Shown here: positions 25,707-36,052 of the stretch, one piece after another
Numbering within the stretch: the first letter of the stretch is position 1
How the letters are laid out: every line of letters starts with the position of its first letter
From: an uncultured Eubacteriales bacterium
GTDB lineage: Bacteria > Bacillota > Clostridia > Lachnospirales > CAMVHY01
Direction: 5' to 3'
DNA length: 64,000 nucleotides
Assembly: GCA_948543815.1 (NCBI GenBank)
Contig: CAOVHW010000001.1
Span: 138,413 to 202,412, forward strand
Made by a program: the position numbers and the translations under genes
The notes under the pieces: model-generated
The model's database searches: none
What the model saw: only the letters and a program-made list of their open reading frames with translations
What the model was told of the DNA's origin: nothing

Positions 25707-27275
25707 ATGACTATCTTAAATGGTTTTTTACTCTCGAAAATGATTACGGCTGCGGCTAACGAACTTGATATTAATAAAGATTATGTTGACTCATTAAATG
25801 TGTTTCCCGTACCTGATGGCGATACCGGTACGAATATGTCATTAACTGTTTTATCAGCCGCCCATGAAATTGAAAATTTAAATTCGAATGATATTAGCTA
25901 TGTCGCAAAAGTTGCAGCTACCGGTGCATTAAAAGGTGCACGTGGAAACTCAGGCGTAATCCTATCACAATTATTTCGTGGCTTTGCAAAAGGTTTAGAA
26001 AATATTACCGTCGCATCAAATGAAGATATTGCATTAGCACTTATGAAAGCGGCACAGATGGCGTATAAAGCGGTTATGAAACCAAAAGAGGGTACAATTT
26101 TAACTTTAGCACGTGAAATCGCAGAAAAATTTTCTGAGGAAATTTTAAATTATGATGACTTTGAACAAGCTTTAATGTCAACAATTATGTACGGTAAAAA
26201 AGTTTTGAACGATACAATTGATATGCTCCCACAATTGAAACAAGCTGGCGTTGTTGATTCCGGTGCACGTGGTTTATTATTTTTATTTGAGGGCGCATTA
26301 AAATCTTTAAATAGTGAAGTTGTTTTTGAAATTGATGATGACGAACGAGTTTTACCTAAACAATCTCCGCTAGACCCTATTGATTTTAATTACGAAGTTT
26401 TGATAGATGTTAGTGAACCGGATGAGGATGACTTGGAGGATTTTAAAGAGTTCCTTTCAGAAGTTGGCGACTCTTTAGTTGTTACAAATGGCGATGAATT
26501 TACGCGAATCCATGCACATACAAATGTTCCTGATAAAGTTGTAGAAAAGGCGCTGGAATTTTGGACAGTCTTTAATGTCAGATTTGAAAATTTAAAATCA
26601 CAGCACGATGAAATTGTAAAAAATTCAGAGCCACGAAAAAGTTTAGGATTTATCGCGGTTTCATCTGGTAAAGGTTTTAATGAATTATTTAAAAATTTGG
26701 GAGCCGATGAAATTGTCGAAGGTACACCAAGTATTGAAGATTTTTTGAATGCAATCGCGAAAATAAATGCCGACAAAATTATTATTTTGCCTAATAATAA
26801 AAATGTTATCCTCGCCGCTGAACAGGTTGGTGAACTTGTTGAGGATAAGGAGATTGTAGTCTTGCCGACGCGAACTCTTCCGCAAGGAATTTCGGCGTTG
26901 TTGAATTGTGTCCCCGATAGTGATAATATTGAACAAATGCGTGATGCTATTAATCTTGTCAAAACTGGTCAAGTTACTTATGCAGTTCGTGATTCTGAAT
27001 ATGACGGTAATAAAATTGAACAAGGCGATATTTTGGGAATTATCGAAGATGATATTGTGTTGGCGCAAAAAGATTTAGATACTGCCACAAAACAATTAAT
27101 TGATTTGTTGGTGGAGAAAGATGGCGAAGTTTTGACAATTTATTATGGCAAAGATGTAGATTTTGATGCGGCGCAAAGTATTTTTGACTATGCCAAACAA
27201 AAATATCCACAGTTAGAAATTGAAATTTATGATGGCGAACAGTCACTTTATTACTATATAATTTCGATTGAGTAA
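25707..27275 (+). CDS. yloV: DAK2 domain fusion protein YloV
   Basis: LNVFPVPDGDTGTNM (DhaL motif), GARGNSGVILSQ, ~520 aa with a DegV-like C-terminal half. Confidence 0.85.
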   Translation: MTILNGFLLSKMITAAANELDINKDYVDSLNVFPVPDGDTGTNMSLTVLSAAHEIENLNSNDISYVAKVAATGALKGARGNSGVILSQLFRGFAKGLENITVASNEDIALALMKAAQMAYKAVMKPKEGTILTLAREIAEKFSEEILNYDDFEQALMSTIMYGKKVLNDTIDMLPQLKQAGVVDSGARGLLFLFEGALKSLNSEVVFEIDDDERVLPKQSPLDPIDFNYEVLIDVSEPDEDDLEDFKEFLSEVGDSLVVTNGDEFTRIHAHTNVPDKVVEKALEFWTVFNVRFENLKSQHDEIVKNSEPRKSLGFIAVSSGKGFNELFKNLGADEIVEGTPSIEDFLNAIAKINADKIIILPNNKNVILAAEQVGELVEDKEIVVLPTRTLPQGISALLNCVPDSDNIEQMRDAINLVKTGQVTYAVRDSEYDGNKIEQGDILGIIEDDIVLAQKDLDTATKQLIDLLVEKDGEVLTIYYGKDVDFDAAQSIFDYAKQKYPQLEIEIYDGEQSLYYYIISIE

Positions 27276-27306
27276 GTAGAAAAAATTTTGCGGAGGAGGA
27301 TTTGCA

Positions 27307-29277
27307 ATGGAAAATATAGATAATTTGACGGTCAATACGATCCGAATTTTAGCGGCCGAAATGATTCAAAAAGCTAATTCTGGACATCCGGGTTTACCGT
27401 TAGGAGCGGCGCCAGCTGCTTTTACACTTTGGTCGAAGCATATGAAATTTAATCCGCAAAATCCAAATTGGGTTGATAGAGATAGATTTGTTTTGTCGGC
27501 TGGACACGGTTCAGCATTGCTGTATTCATTATTATTTTTATTTGGCTTTGGATTGACGCTTGATGATTTAAAAAAATTTCGTCAATGGGCAAGTTTAACG
27601 CCGGGACATCCTGAATATAAATTGACGCCGGGTGTTGAAGTTACAACGGGTGCATTGGGTCAGGGCTTTGCTAATGCAGTTGGAATGGCGTTAGCCGAAA
27701 GTCATTTAGCTGCAAAATTTAATGAATCGGATTTTAAAATTGTTGACCATTTCACTTATGTTTTGTGCGGTGATGGTTGTTTGATGGAGGGAATTTCAGC
27801 TGAAGCGGCATCTTTGGCTGGGACATTGAAACTTGGCAAGCTTATTGTTTTGTATGATTCAAATGATATAACGATTGAGGGCAGCACGGATTTATGTTTC
27901 AATGAAGATGTGTTAAAAAGATTTGATGCGTACGGTTGGCAAACGATAAAAGTTTTGGACGGAAATAATTTAGACGATATAAATATTGCAATTAAGACTG
28001 CCAAAAATGATTTGACACGGCCTTCAATTATTCAAATAAAAACGCAAATAGGTTATGGTGCACCAAATAAACAAGGAAAAGCTTGTGCACATGGTGAGCC
28101 GTTAGGTGAAAATGAAATTAATGCAATGAAAAAATTTTTTCATTGGCAATATAAAGATTTGTTTTTTATACCTGATGAAGTTTTAAAATATATGAGCGAT
28201 ATCAAAAATGCTTGTCAAAATAATGAAGATAAATGGAATAAATTATTTGAAGAATATGCACAAAAATATCCGCAAAAAGCTGATGAGTGGAAAAATTGGC
28301 ATGATTCAAAAATTGAATTTAATGATGATTTTTGGAAATATGACGGCGATTTGCCAACACGTGTTTCTTCACAAATTGTATTAAATAAATTGAGCAAGTT
28401 CGTTCCAAATTTAATTGGTGGTTCAGCTGATTTGGCTCCATCAACAAAAACTATAATGGAAGACCGTGATTTTTATTCGCCGACAAATCCCGCTGGTTCA
28501 AATTTGCATTTTGGAATACGTGAGCATGCAATGGCAGCAACTGCAAATGGTTTAGCGGTGCACGGCGGTTTACGACCATATGTTGCAGGATTTTTGGTAT
28601 TTAGTGATTATATGAAGCCGGCAATGCGTTTATCAGCGTTGATGGGCTTACCTGTTATAAACGTTTTGACGCATGATAGTATAGGTGTTGGTGAAGATGG
28701 TGCGACACATCAACCAATTGAACAATTGGCGATGCTTCGCAGTATTCCAAATTTTACAGTGTTTCGTCCTTGCGATACGAATGAGACTGCTGCGGCTTGG
28801 AATTATGCTTTGACAAATTTGTCAGGGCCGACTGCAATAATTTTGTCGCGACAAAAATTACCGCTCTTGCGCGAAACTGGAAAGAGTGCTTTAAAAGGAG
28901 CTTGTATTTTACGCGACAGCGATAATCCACAAATTATTATGATGGCGTCTGGTTCAGAAGTTTCGTTGATTTACAAGGTATATGATGAGTTAAATAAATT
29001 AGGCATAAATTCGCGCGTTATCAGTATGGTTTCGTTTGAAGTTTTTGACAAACAATCACATGAGTATAAAGAAAGTTTGTTGCCGGAAAATATTCGAGCA
29101 AGGCTTGCAGTTGAAGCAGCAACAGATTTTGGCTGGCATAAATATGTAGGGCTAGATGGAAAAATTATTTCGATGAATAGATTTGGGGCTTCGGCACCTG
29201 CTGATATTTTATTTGATAAATTTGGATTTACCGTTGAAAATATTGTTAATTGTGCCAAAGAAATTTTAAGTTATTGA
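27307..29277 (+). CDS. tkt: Transketolase
   Basis: SGHPGLPLGAAP, GDGCLMEGIS, GEDGATHQPIEQL, ~655 aa. Confidence 0.96.
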   Translation: MENIDNLTVNTIRILAAEMIQKANSGHPGLPLGAAPAAFTLWSKHMKFNPQNPNWVDRDRFVLSAGHGSALLYSLLFLFGFGLTLDDLKKFRQWASLTPGHPEYKLTPGVEVTTGALGQGFANAVGMALAESHLAAKFNESDFKIVDHFTYVLCGDGCLMEGISAEAASLAGTLKLGKLIVLYDSNDITIEGSTDLCFNEDVLKRFDAYGWQTIKVLDGNNLDDINIAIKTAKNDLTRPSIIQIKTQIGYGAPNKQGKACAHGEPLGENEINAMKKFFHWQYKDLFFIPDEVLKYMSDIKNACQNNEDKWNKLFEEYAQKYPQKADEWKNWHDSKIEFNDDFWKYDGDLPTRVSSQIVLNKLSKFVPNLIGGSADLAPSTKTIMEDRDFYSPTNPAGSNLHFGIREHAMAATANGLAVHGGLRPYVAGFLVFSDYMKPAMRLSALMGLPVINVLTHDSIGVGEDGATHQPIEQLAMLRSIPNFTVFRPCDTNETAAAWNYALTNLSGPTAIILSRQKLPLLRETGKSALKGACILRDSDNPQIIMMASGSEVSLIYKVYDELNKLGINSRVISMVSFEVFDKQSHEYKESLLPENIRARLAVEAATDFGWHKYVGLDGKIISMNRFGASAPADILFDKFGFTVENIVNCAKEILSY

Positions 29278-29295
29278 TTGGAATGGTGATGCTTC

Positions 29296-32200
29296 ATGAA
29301 AAATTCTAATTGGGAAAACTTGCTTGGTGAGGCTAACACAAAAAAAATTAAAGATGCCGGGTTAGATAAACTTGTCGATGTTTCTGAACTGACGCCAGAA
29401 AATTTGGAATACGCGCAAGATTTCTTTGATAATTTTGATGTTGAAAATGTGTCAGATTATCTTGGCGATGAATTTACTTTTTTAGATGTTGTGAAAAAAT
29501 TTTATGATTGCCAATTGCCATTGGATGTAGTTTCATATGGAATGCAGCGTAAAATAATTTTGGATCGCCGTTTCTCATTTGATGTGAAAAAAAAAATTGT
29601 TGATGTTTTAAATTCGTTGGAAGAAATTAATTATGTCCAAAAATTTTGGAAATTGTTAGATTTACTAAAAACTGATGACGAATTTTTGAACGCAGAATTT
29701 TATTTTAAAGAAATTGTTTCATCAGACAAGTTATATGAAGAAATTTTAAATGACAAAAAAAATTTACCATCTGCGGTCAATATTGTCAAATATAATATGC
29801 ATAATTTCAAAAATGAGTTGAGTTTCGACAATCTCGATTGGATTGTTGATGTCTTAATGATTTTACCCGTTGAATCGCAAAATATTGTACGTATTTGGAT
29901 TAATCGTGTTAAATCAGATGATGAATGTAAAAAATTGCAGTCATTGCTAGTTTCAATTATAGATTGTCAAAAGTTGACGGATGATATTTCTTATAAAAAA
30001 TGTTCAGTTTCTGAGGCCATAGAAATTTATAATGATATAAAATCAAAAGTTCATAATAAAAATTTATCATCAAAAAATTTGAATAGCGCTTTTAGTTTGA
30101 TTTTAACTTTGAGTGAAGACGAAAATTTTGATGAAAAAAGCTTGAAAACTGTTGTCAAATTAATTTCACTGATTCGTGATGATTATGAATTTGAGCAGTC
30201 AAAAATTTTTATAAATTTAATTTCTGCTTTCGATACCTTGCCAGATATTTTGACTAAAAATAATTTTACATTAATTGAAGTTTTGCCTGTCATGCTTAAA
30301 ATTTATTTTATGAACGCTGGAAGTATTTTGAAAAAAAATTTTAATTTCGATAATGTCCGTGAAGTTGTCAAAATCCTTGAAAGATGTAACAAAGATGATA
30401 GCCAAATAAACAACGTTTTGGAACTTGTTAACAAAATTCAATCGAATGAAGAGTTTGATTACTGTAAAGATTCTTTGTTTAAATTGGCTAAAAATAAAAA
30501 AATGATGCGTGAAATTCAAAACAACAAAATTTCTTTACATGATCAAGTAAAAAAAATGTATATAGAATATTTTCGTGTTTCGTCCGCGAGTTCATACACT
30601 ATTGAAATTATAAAGTTGCATAAATTTAGTTTCAAAATTATTAAGCAAATGGATAGGCTTATATCTGAGCGGCCGGCAGTTTTACGTAGAGTCATTACGA
30701 ATTTGATTTTGAAGTTAAGCAACGATAATGAATTTAGATTTGCAAAAGAATTTTTGTGTACAAATGATTCGTTTGAATCATATGAGCAATCAAATGACAT
30801 TTTGTCGGATATAATTGATTATTATAAATCGTTGTTGCATATAACATTTGACGATAAAAATGAATTGAATATTGTTCATAACACTAATTTGAGTTTTGAA
30901 AATTTAGCTGATGCAATAAACTTAATATCAAGCGAAAAACAAGCTGATAAGGCAAGTAAACTTTCCGCTTTAGTGTCAATGATTTCTGATGATAATGAAT
31001 ATAAAATTTTACGGCCGTTTTTTTATAAATTAATTGATATTAACAAAATTTTTGAACAAAAAACTAAAATTTTATCTGTGTTTTTTGATATGCTTCATGA
31101 TTTGGCGGAAAAATTAAATGTCAGAAAAATTTTTAATAACAGATTTTTGAGCTTACACTGTAAGTCAAAAGCTTTGGATTTTTTGAAAGAAATTGATGAC
31201 AATGAACAACGTGACCGTATCGCAAATTTGATTTGTATTATTAAAAGCGATGATGATTACGACAAAATTTCATCCTATTTCAATAAATTAATGTTGGCCG
31301 AAAATCTTTCATCTGTGATTTTTAATAGTTCAATAAATGTAAATCAAATTATACAAATTTGTAATTTGGGTATCGATAAAGTTTGGCTTAAAAATGTTAT
31401 AAGTTTTGACAGGTTGAAAAAATTAGCAACTTATCTCGTTAAATTAGATGAAGAAATGTCAAATTTACTTATTGATTTTATTTATATGCTTGAAAGTAAT
31501 GAGGAATTTGATAATATTTTCCCGCATATTGATGATTTATTGAATGATAAAAGAATTTTACAGGCCGTTAAAAATGTTGAAATTTCAATAAATGAAATCG
31601 TCAATTTATATAGTTTGGGCGCCGGAAAAATTTTTGCAAACAAAAAAATCAATTTTATTACGATTAGTCAATTAGAAAAAATTTTAAGCAAAATTACTGA
31701 AAAAGAAAAATTTGATTTTGTAATGAACATTGCAACAAATTTGACTGATAAAGAATTTTCTTATATGAAAGAATTTTTGATATCGGGTAATGTTGAATCG
31801 TCAAATAAATCTTACTTAGAACTTGCACGTGATTTTTATGTTAAAAAATTAGGTGTGCGTTACGCTAAGAAAAATAAAGAAATTTTTTTGCAAATATTAA
31901 AATTGGCTGGAAGCTACAAATTTTCGTATGATACTCTTGATCAAATGTCAAAAGCTTTAAGCGATAATAAAAATGAAAAATCACGTATCGCTTTATTTGA
32001 AAAATTTTTGCAGCTGAAAGACGATGATGATTTTGCAAAAAATTCTTCTCAACTTGATGACTTACAAGTCGAAAATAATGAAGTTGTCAAAGAAAGTTTT
32101 AGTATGCGTATGAAAAAAGCTGAAAAAAATGCTGAAAGCTTTAACAATGACCTTGATTCAGGTTCAGGTGGTAATAATAGTTCGTCATTAGTCTTTGACG

Positions 32201-32553
32201 ATGGTAATTTAGTTGTGAATGTTATCGATGTCAATGCAATTTTGCAATTTAAGGACAAAAAAATTGTTATCATGACGAGTGAAAAAAATACTACTTTGGA
32301 TAAAACTACGCGTGGGAAATTTACGACGCTTTCAATTAAAATAAACGAAGAAATTGACAAGAATCTTAATCTTTTTGAAGACCCACAAGATTATTTTGAT
32401 GAATTTATGGATTATTTAAATGAACATGGGGATTCAGCTTCACTTGAAGATGACCAAGATGATGGTGAAACTTATTGTTGTTTGATAACGTCAAAAAGTT
32501 TGGATGAAATTATTACTGAGCACGAAAATTTTATTGCCGAAATTTCTTCCTAA
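29296..32553 (+). CDS. Large orphan repeat protein (1085 aa; ~11 degenerate ~87-aa repeats)
   Basis: Uninterrupted ORF 18 nt after tkt. The motif h-h-x-[ST]-[DN]-[DNE]-x-E-[FY] recurs at about aa 130, 211, 278, 299, 387, 480, 569, 655, 738, 821 and 913. No signal peptide or TM segment. I recognise no known domain. Confidence 0.8.
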   Translation: MKNSNWENLLGEANTKKIKDAGLDKLVDVSELTPENLEYAQDFFDNFDVENVSDYLGDEFTFLDVVKKFYDCQLPLDVVSYGMQRKIILDRRFSFDVKKKIVDVLNSLEEINYVQKFWKLLDLLKTDDEFLNAEFYFKEIVSSDKLYEEILNDKKNLPSAVNIVKYNMHNFKNELSFDNLDWIVDVLMILPVESQNIVRIWINRVKSDDECKKLQSLLVSIIDCQKLTDDISYKKCSVSEAIEIYNDIKSKVHNKNLSSKNLNSAFSLILTLSEDENFDEKSLKTVVKLISLIRDDYEFEQSKIFINLISAFDTLPDILTKNNFTLIEVLPVMLKIYFMNAGSILKKNFNFDNVREVVKILERCNKDDSQINNVLELVNKIQSNEEFDYCKDSLFKLAKNKKMMREIQNNKISLHDQVKKMYIEYFRVSSASSYTIEIIKLHKFSFKIIKQMDRLISERPAVLRRVITNLILKLSNDNEFRFAKEFLCTNDSFESYEQSNDILSDIIDYYKSLLHITFDDKNELNIVHNTNLSFENLADAINLISSEKQADKASKLSALVSMISDDNEYKILRPFFYKLIDINKIFEQKTKILSVFFDMLHDLAEKLNVRKIFNNRFLSLHCKSKALDFLKEIDDNEQRDRIANLICIIKSDDDYDKISSYFNKLMLAENLSSVIFNSSINVNQIIQICNLGIDKVWLKNVISFDRLKKLATYLVKLDEEMSNLLIDFIYMLESNEEFDNIFPHIDDLLNDKRILQAVKNVEISINEIVNLYSLGAGKIFANKKINFITISQLEKILSKITEKEKFDFVMNIATNLTDKEFSYMKEFLISGNVESSNKSYLELARDFYVKKLGVRYAKKNKEIFLQILKLAGSYKFSYDTLDQMSKALSDNKNEKSRIALFEKFLQLKDDDDFAKNSSQLDDLQVENNEVVKESFSMRMKKAEKNAESFNNDLDSGSGGNNSSSLVFDDGNLVVNVIDVNAILQFKDKKIVIMTSEKNTTLDKTTRGKFTTLSIKINEEIDKNLNLFEDPQDYFDEFMDYLNEHGDSASLEDDQDDGETYCCLITSKSLDEIITEHENFIAEISS

Positions 32554-32555
32554 TA

Positions 32556-32612
32556 AAAAAGAACTTTATCAAAAAAATTGCGAGTGCAGTTTTTTTAGTT
32601 AAAGTTCTTTTT
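32556..32612. repeat. Intergenic element, copy D (minimal long-arm hairpin; bidirectional terminator)
   Basis: AAAAAGAACTTTATCAAAAAAA ... TTTTTTAGTTAAAGTTCTTTTT. The arms carry the family core AAGAACTTTA-CAAAA / TTTT-GTTAAAGTTCTT. Confidence 0.7.
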
Positions 32613-32631
32613 ACATTTATGTAAAATTTAT

Positions 32632-33975
32632 TTATCGTGTTACGTTTTTTATCCAGTTATCATTTCGCAAGCGAAGTATACAAAAAAATGTCCTTACAAT
32701 TACATCCATACGCAAAGCAATGAAAATTATTAAAGTTGGCAAGTGGCAAAAAAGTGCTAAAATTCCTGCCGGTAGTGATACGAGCCAGACAGATAAAATG
32801 TCAATGTACATTGCAAATTTTGTGTCGCCGCCGCCACGTAAAATTCCTACGACAGTTATAATACCGATTGAATCGATGAAAATTAAAATTGATGTAGCAT
32901 CTATGAATTGTAATGTCAAAAATTTTGTTGCTAGCTCAATATTATAAAAATTTACGATTGGGACACGCGACAAAAATAATGCTAAGCCCAAAATAAATCC
33001 AAAAATTATTGCAATAGTAAACAATGTTTGCGCGCATTGTTTCGCGTATTTTTCATCGCCATGTCCAATTTCATTTCCAATTATTATACATGTTGCGTGG
33101 GCAATTGGAAAAATTATTATCGAAAAAAATTGCTCAAGTGTTGAAGTTATATTCGCTGCAACAATTGTTTGCGTCCCCAATTTTGTCAAAACTATTGAAT
33201 AAATTACGACGCCGATTGCCCAAATTGATTCATTTATAAAAACTGGGAAGCCGCAATTAAAAAAATCTTTGAGCAAAATTTTATCTGGTTTAAGTGTGAG
33301 TTTTATTTTGATTCGTTTGTCACAATGATTTGCGTAAAAAATAATTGCAGCAGTTTCAAAAATTCTTGCTATCAATGTTGCTATTGCCGCACCTTCTACT
33401 CGAAGTTGTGGCAGATTTAAATTCCCAAAAATAAATCCCCAATCTAAAATTATATTTATAAAAAATGCGATTGTATTTATTAGCAATGTAAACTTTATTA
33501 TACGAAGATTCCGCAATATCAAAACTAATGTGCTATTTATTCCGTACAATAAATATGTCCAACCAATTATTTTTAAATACCGCACGCCATTCGCTATTAT
33601 CTCACTATTATCTATGAAAATCCGCATTATATATTCTGGAAACGCTAAAATTATATACGTCCATATTAATGTAAAAAATAATGCGAGTGTTACTGTGATA
33701 GAAATAATTTTGTTGATTGCGGTGAAATCATTTTTACCATAATATTGTGCTATTAAAACTGCACTACCACTAACCAATCCAAAAATCATTATTGAAAATA
33801 AAAAAAATGGCTGATTCGCCAGATTTACTGCCGATAATTCAATTTCTGAAAGCATTCCTATCATTATATTATCCGCAAGATTAAGCCCATGTTTTAATAA
33901 ATCTTGAAAAATCATTGGAATAACGAGCCAAAATAGCGCAATATAAAATTTCTTTTCTTTTATCATCTTATACAC
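32632..33975 (-). CDS. MATE family efflux transporter
   Basis: ~447 aa, 12 predicted hydrophobic helices. Typical N-terminus ...ALFWLVIPMIFQDLLKHGLNLADNIMIGML. Confidence 0.8.
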   Translation of the reverse strand: MYKMIKEKKFYIALFWLVIPMIFQDLLKHGLNLADNIMIGMLSEIELSAVNLANQPFFLFSIMIFGLVSGSAVLIAQYYGKNDFTAINKIISITVTLALFFTLIWTYIILAFPEYIMRIFIDNSEIIANGVRYLKIIGWTYLLYGINSTLVLILRNLRIIKFTLLINTIAFFINIILDWGFIFGNLNLPQLRVEGAAIATLIARIFETAAIIFYANHCDKRIKIKLTLKPDKILLKDFFNCGFPVFINESIWAIGVVIYSIVLTKLGTQTIVAANITSTLEQFFSIIIFPIAHATCIIIGNEIGHGDEKYAKQCAQTLFTIAIIFGFILGLALFLSRVPIVNFYNIELATKFLTLQFIDATSILIFIDSIGIITVVGILRGGGDTKFAMYIDILSVWLVSLPAGILALFCHLPTLIIFIALRMDVIVRTFFCILRLRNDNWIKNVTR

Positions 33976-34003
33976 CTTTATTATTTAAATGGGGGCCGCA
34001 TAA

Positions 34004-34441
34004 ATGAAAAATCATGGCTTTTCTTACATAGAAATTATTTTGTCAATGACATTGATAAGTATCTTTAGCATTTGTTTGGTAAATAGATTTGACTTAAAAA
34101 ATTATAAATTTGCTCGCGAAAATTATTTTGCTGATATCGCCGTTGAAAATTTATTAAATATTGCTGAAGCTGAGTTCACTACAAAAAATTCCGTAAGTGA
34201 TATCGAGTTCGATAAATTTAATTTTACCGTGCGTGTCAATGAAATTGAAAAAAATTTTTCCGTGAGTCAAAATGTTTTTACGAGCTGTGGCAATGAAAAT
34301 TTTTTACCAATAAATACTGAAATTTATGCCGATAATGAAAATTTATTTGATGTCTCAAAAAGTTATTTACTAACGGTTGATTTGTTTGACAAAAATCATA
34401 AATTTTTAAAGCGTTTAACTAAAATTATAACGAATTCATAA
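34004..34441 (+). CDS. Pseudopilin-like protein with a degenerate prepilin N-terminus
   Basis: MKNHGFSYIEIILSMTLISIFSICL resembles the G/F(T/S)xIE prepilin signal plus a hydrophobic helix. Confidence 0.45.
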   Translation: MKNHGFSYIEIILSMTLISIFSICLVNRFDLKNYKFARENYFADIAVENLLNIAEAEFTTKNSVSDIEFDKFNFTVRVNEIEKNFSVSQNVFTSCGNENFLPINTEIYADNENLFDVSKSYLLTVDLFDKNHKFLKRLTKIITNS

Positions 34442-34948
34442 AAATTGATTTACAATTTCAAGATAATTTAAAACGTAATTTTTTGACAAATTTATCTCAT
34501 ACTGGAAATCTTCATAAGCAATTGATTTTCTACCGTGTATAGATTTTTCCCATGCTTGTTTTAAATCTTGAAACGGTAAATAAAAATATTTGTCGTTAAA
34601 TAAAAAATGTACAAGTAAAAATGAAATTCCTTTCTGCTGTTCAAATTTCTCCATGAATTCAATTTGATGTTCATGAATATTTTTGAGCGGTAAATTTTTT
34701 TGTGCAGTCTCTTTCGCATCAAAACATATTGCTACTCCCTGCGCTACTCCTATATAATCTACCGTACTTTTTTTCTCAAAATATGCTAGTGATATCGTAT
34801 GATTACTATTATTTAGTTCGATAGGTTTTATTGGCGTCGGTATCTTCTCTATTAATGCTAAATTATTTTTTTCATAAATCTCATTCGTATAATTAATTAA
34901 ATGTTCGAATGAATTTCCTCGTAAACCTCTTCCTTTCCAATATCCCAT
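34436..34948 (-). CDS. recU: Holliday junction resolvase RecU
   Basis: RGLRGNSFEHLINYTNEIY, STVDYIGVAQGVAICFDAKET, HEHQIEFM. AAGGAGG SD before ATG 34948. Confidence 0.88.
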   Translation of the reverse strand: MGYWKGRGLRGNSFEHLINYTNEIYEKNNLALIEKIPTPIKPIELNNSNHTISLAYFEKKSTVDYIGVAQGVAICFDAKETAQKNLPLKNIHEHQIEFMEKFEQQKGISFLLVHFLFNDKYFYLPFQDLKQAWEKSIHGRKSIAYEDFQYEINLSKNYVLNYLEIVNQFL

Positions 34949-35062
34949 TTCTTCCTCCTTTATTTGCATGTTAAATTTTAATTTCATTGTACTTTTTTAA
35001 TAATCTTGTAATTATTTTTGAAACGTTATACGGTAAAATATAAGCAAAGGTAGGTGTAGGCA

Positions 35063-36001
35063 ATGAAAAAATTTATCGGCATGATATTTTTATTATTAAT
35101 GATAATAAAAATTCCGGTATTGGCACAAAAATATTCAAATTATAATTTCGATTTTATAACGCTGCATGAAATTAATACTCGTATTGAAAATGTGAAAGTA
35201 ACCGGTTCATTGCCACATATTGATAAATTTAAAAGTAAAACATTTGAAAATCAATTGAATCAAAAAATAAATTTAATATATGAAAAAAAAATTGCCGAAG
35301 CAATTTCAAAAAATGTTAAATCATTGAAAATAAATTACAAAGTTAAAGCTGAAAAAAATATCATCTCAATTTTATTCAATTTCTTAGGCGATAAAAATGA
35401 CCTCGAGACGATAAATTTTAATCTAAGAACTTGTTCATTTGTTTCTATTTCTGATATTATTGGACCAAATGGAACACAAATTGTAAATAAAATTATACAT
35501 GATGAAACAATAAAAACGCCCGAAAAATATAATTTGAATTTCAATGGTATTGATAATGATCACAATTTTTTTGTTGACGGTGATAATTTAGTTGTGTCAT
35601 TTAATGAATATGAATTATCGTCCGCGATAAAAGGCATTCAAACGTTTACAATAAAAATCAGCGGCGTAAAAAATAAAATTATTAACGCAAAAAATTATTA
35701 TACGACTAAACCGTATGATTTGAAAATGATACCATTACGAAATGTTTGCGAGGCGTTTGATTTCGAAGTCGTTTGGCATGAGCCATCAGCTTCCGTAAAA
35801 ATTTTTAATGATAAATTAACGGCGACAGCTTTAGTGAACAGAAATAATTATATGAAAAATAATGAAGCGCCACAAACTTTAGAAAGTGCGCCGCAAATTA
35901 AAAATAATCAAACGTATGTGCCAATTTCTTTTTTCGTTAAATATGCTAATTTGTTTTACTCAATTTCGGACGATAATAATTTGATTTTTTCCCAATACTA
36001 A
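35063..36001 (+). CDS. Secreted protein: DUF3298/DUF4163-like N-terminal part plus a C-terminal stalk (copper amine oxidase N-terminal-like) domain
   Basis: Signal peptide MKKFIGMIFLLLMIIKIPVLA. C-terminus MIPLRNVCEAFDFEVVWHEPSASVKIF ... NNQTYVPISFF. Confidence 0.5.
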   Translation: MKKFIGMIFLLLMIIKIPVLAQKYSNYNFDFITLHEINTRIENVKVTGSLPHIDKFKSKTFENQLNQKINLIYEKKIAEAISKNVKSLKINYKVKAEKNIISILFNFLGDKNDLETINFNLRTCSFVSISDIIGPNGTQIVNKIIHDETIKTPEKYNLNFNGIDNDHNFFVDGDNLVVSFNEYELSSAIKGIQTFTIKISGVKNKIINAKNYYTTKPYDLKMIPLRNVCEAFDFEVVWHEPSASVKIFNDKLTATALVNRNNYMKNNEAPQTLESAPQIKNNQTYVPISFFVKYANLFYSISDDNNLIFSQY

Positions 36002-36003
36002 AT

Positions 36004-36052
36004 AAAAAAAATAGGCAGGCGATATACTCACCTGCCTACCTAATTATTTTTT
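36004..36052. terminator. Bidirectional intrinsic terminator
   Basis: TAGGCAGG-11 nt-CCTGCCTA flanked by an A-run and a T-run, between convergent genes. Confidence 0.75.

Noticed and set aside
26390-27068. 190-aa and 127-aa minus-strand ORFs inside yloV
   Set aside because: Shadow ORFs opposite a well-supported conserved gene, with no start context.
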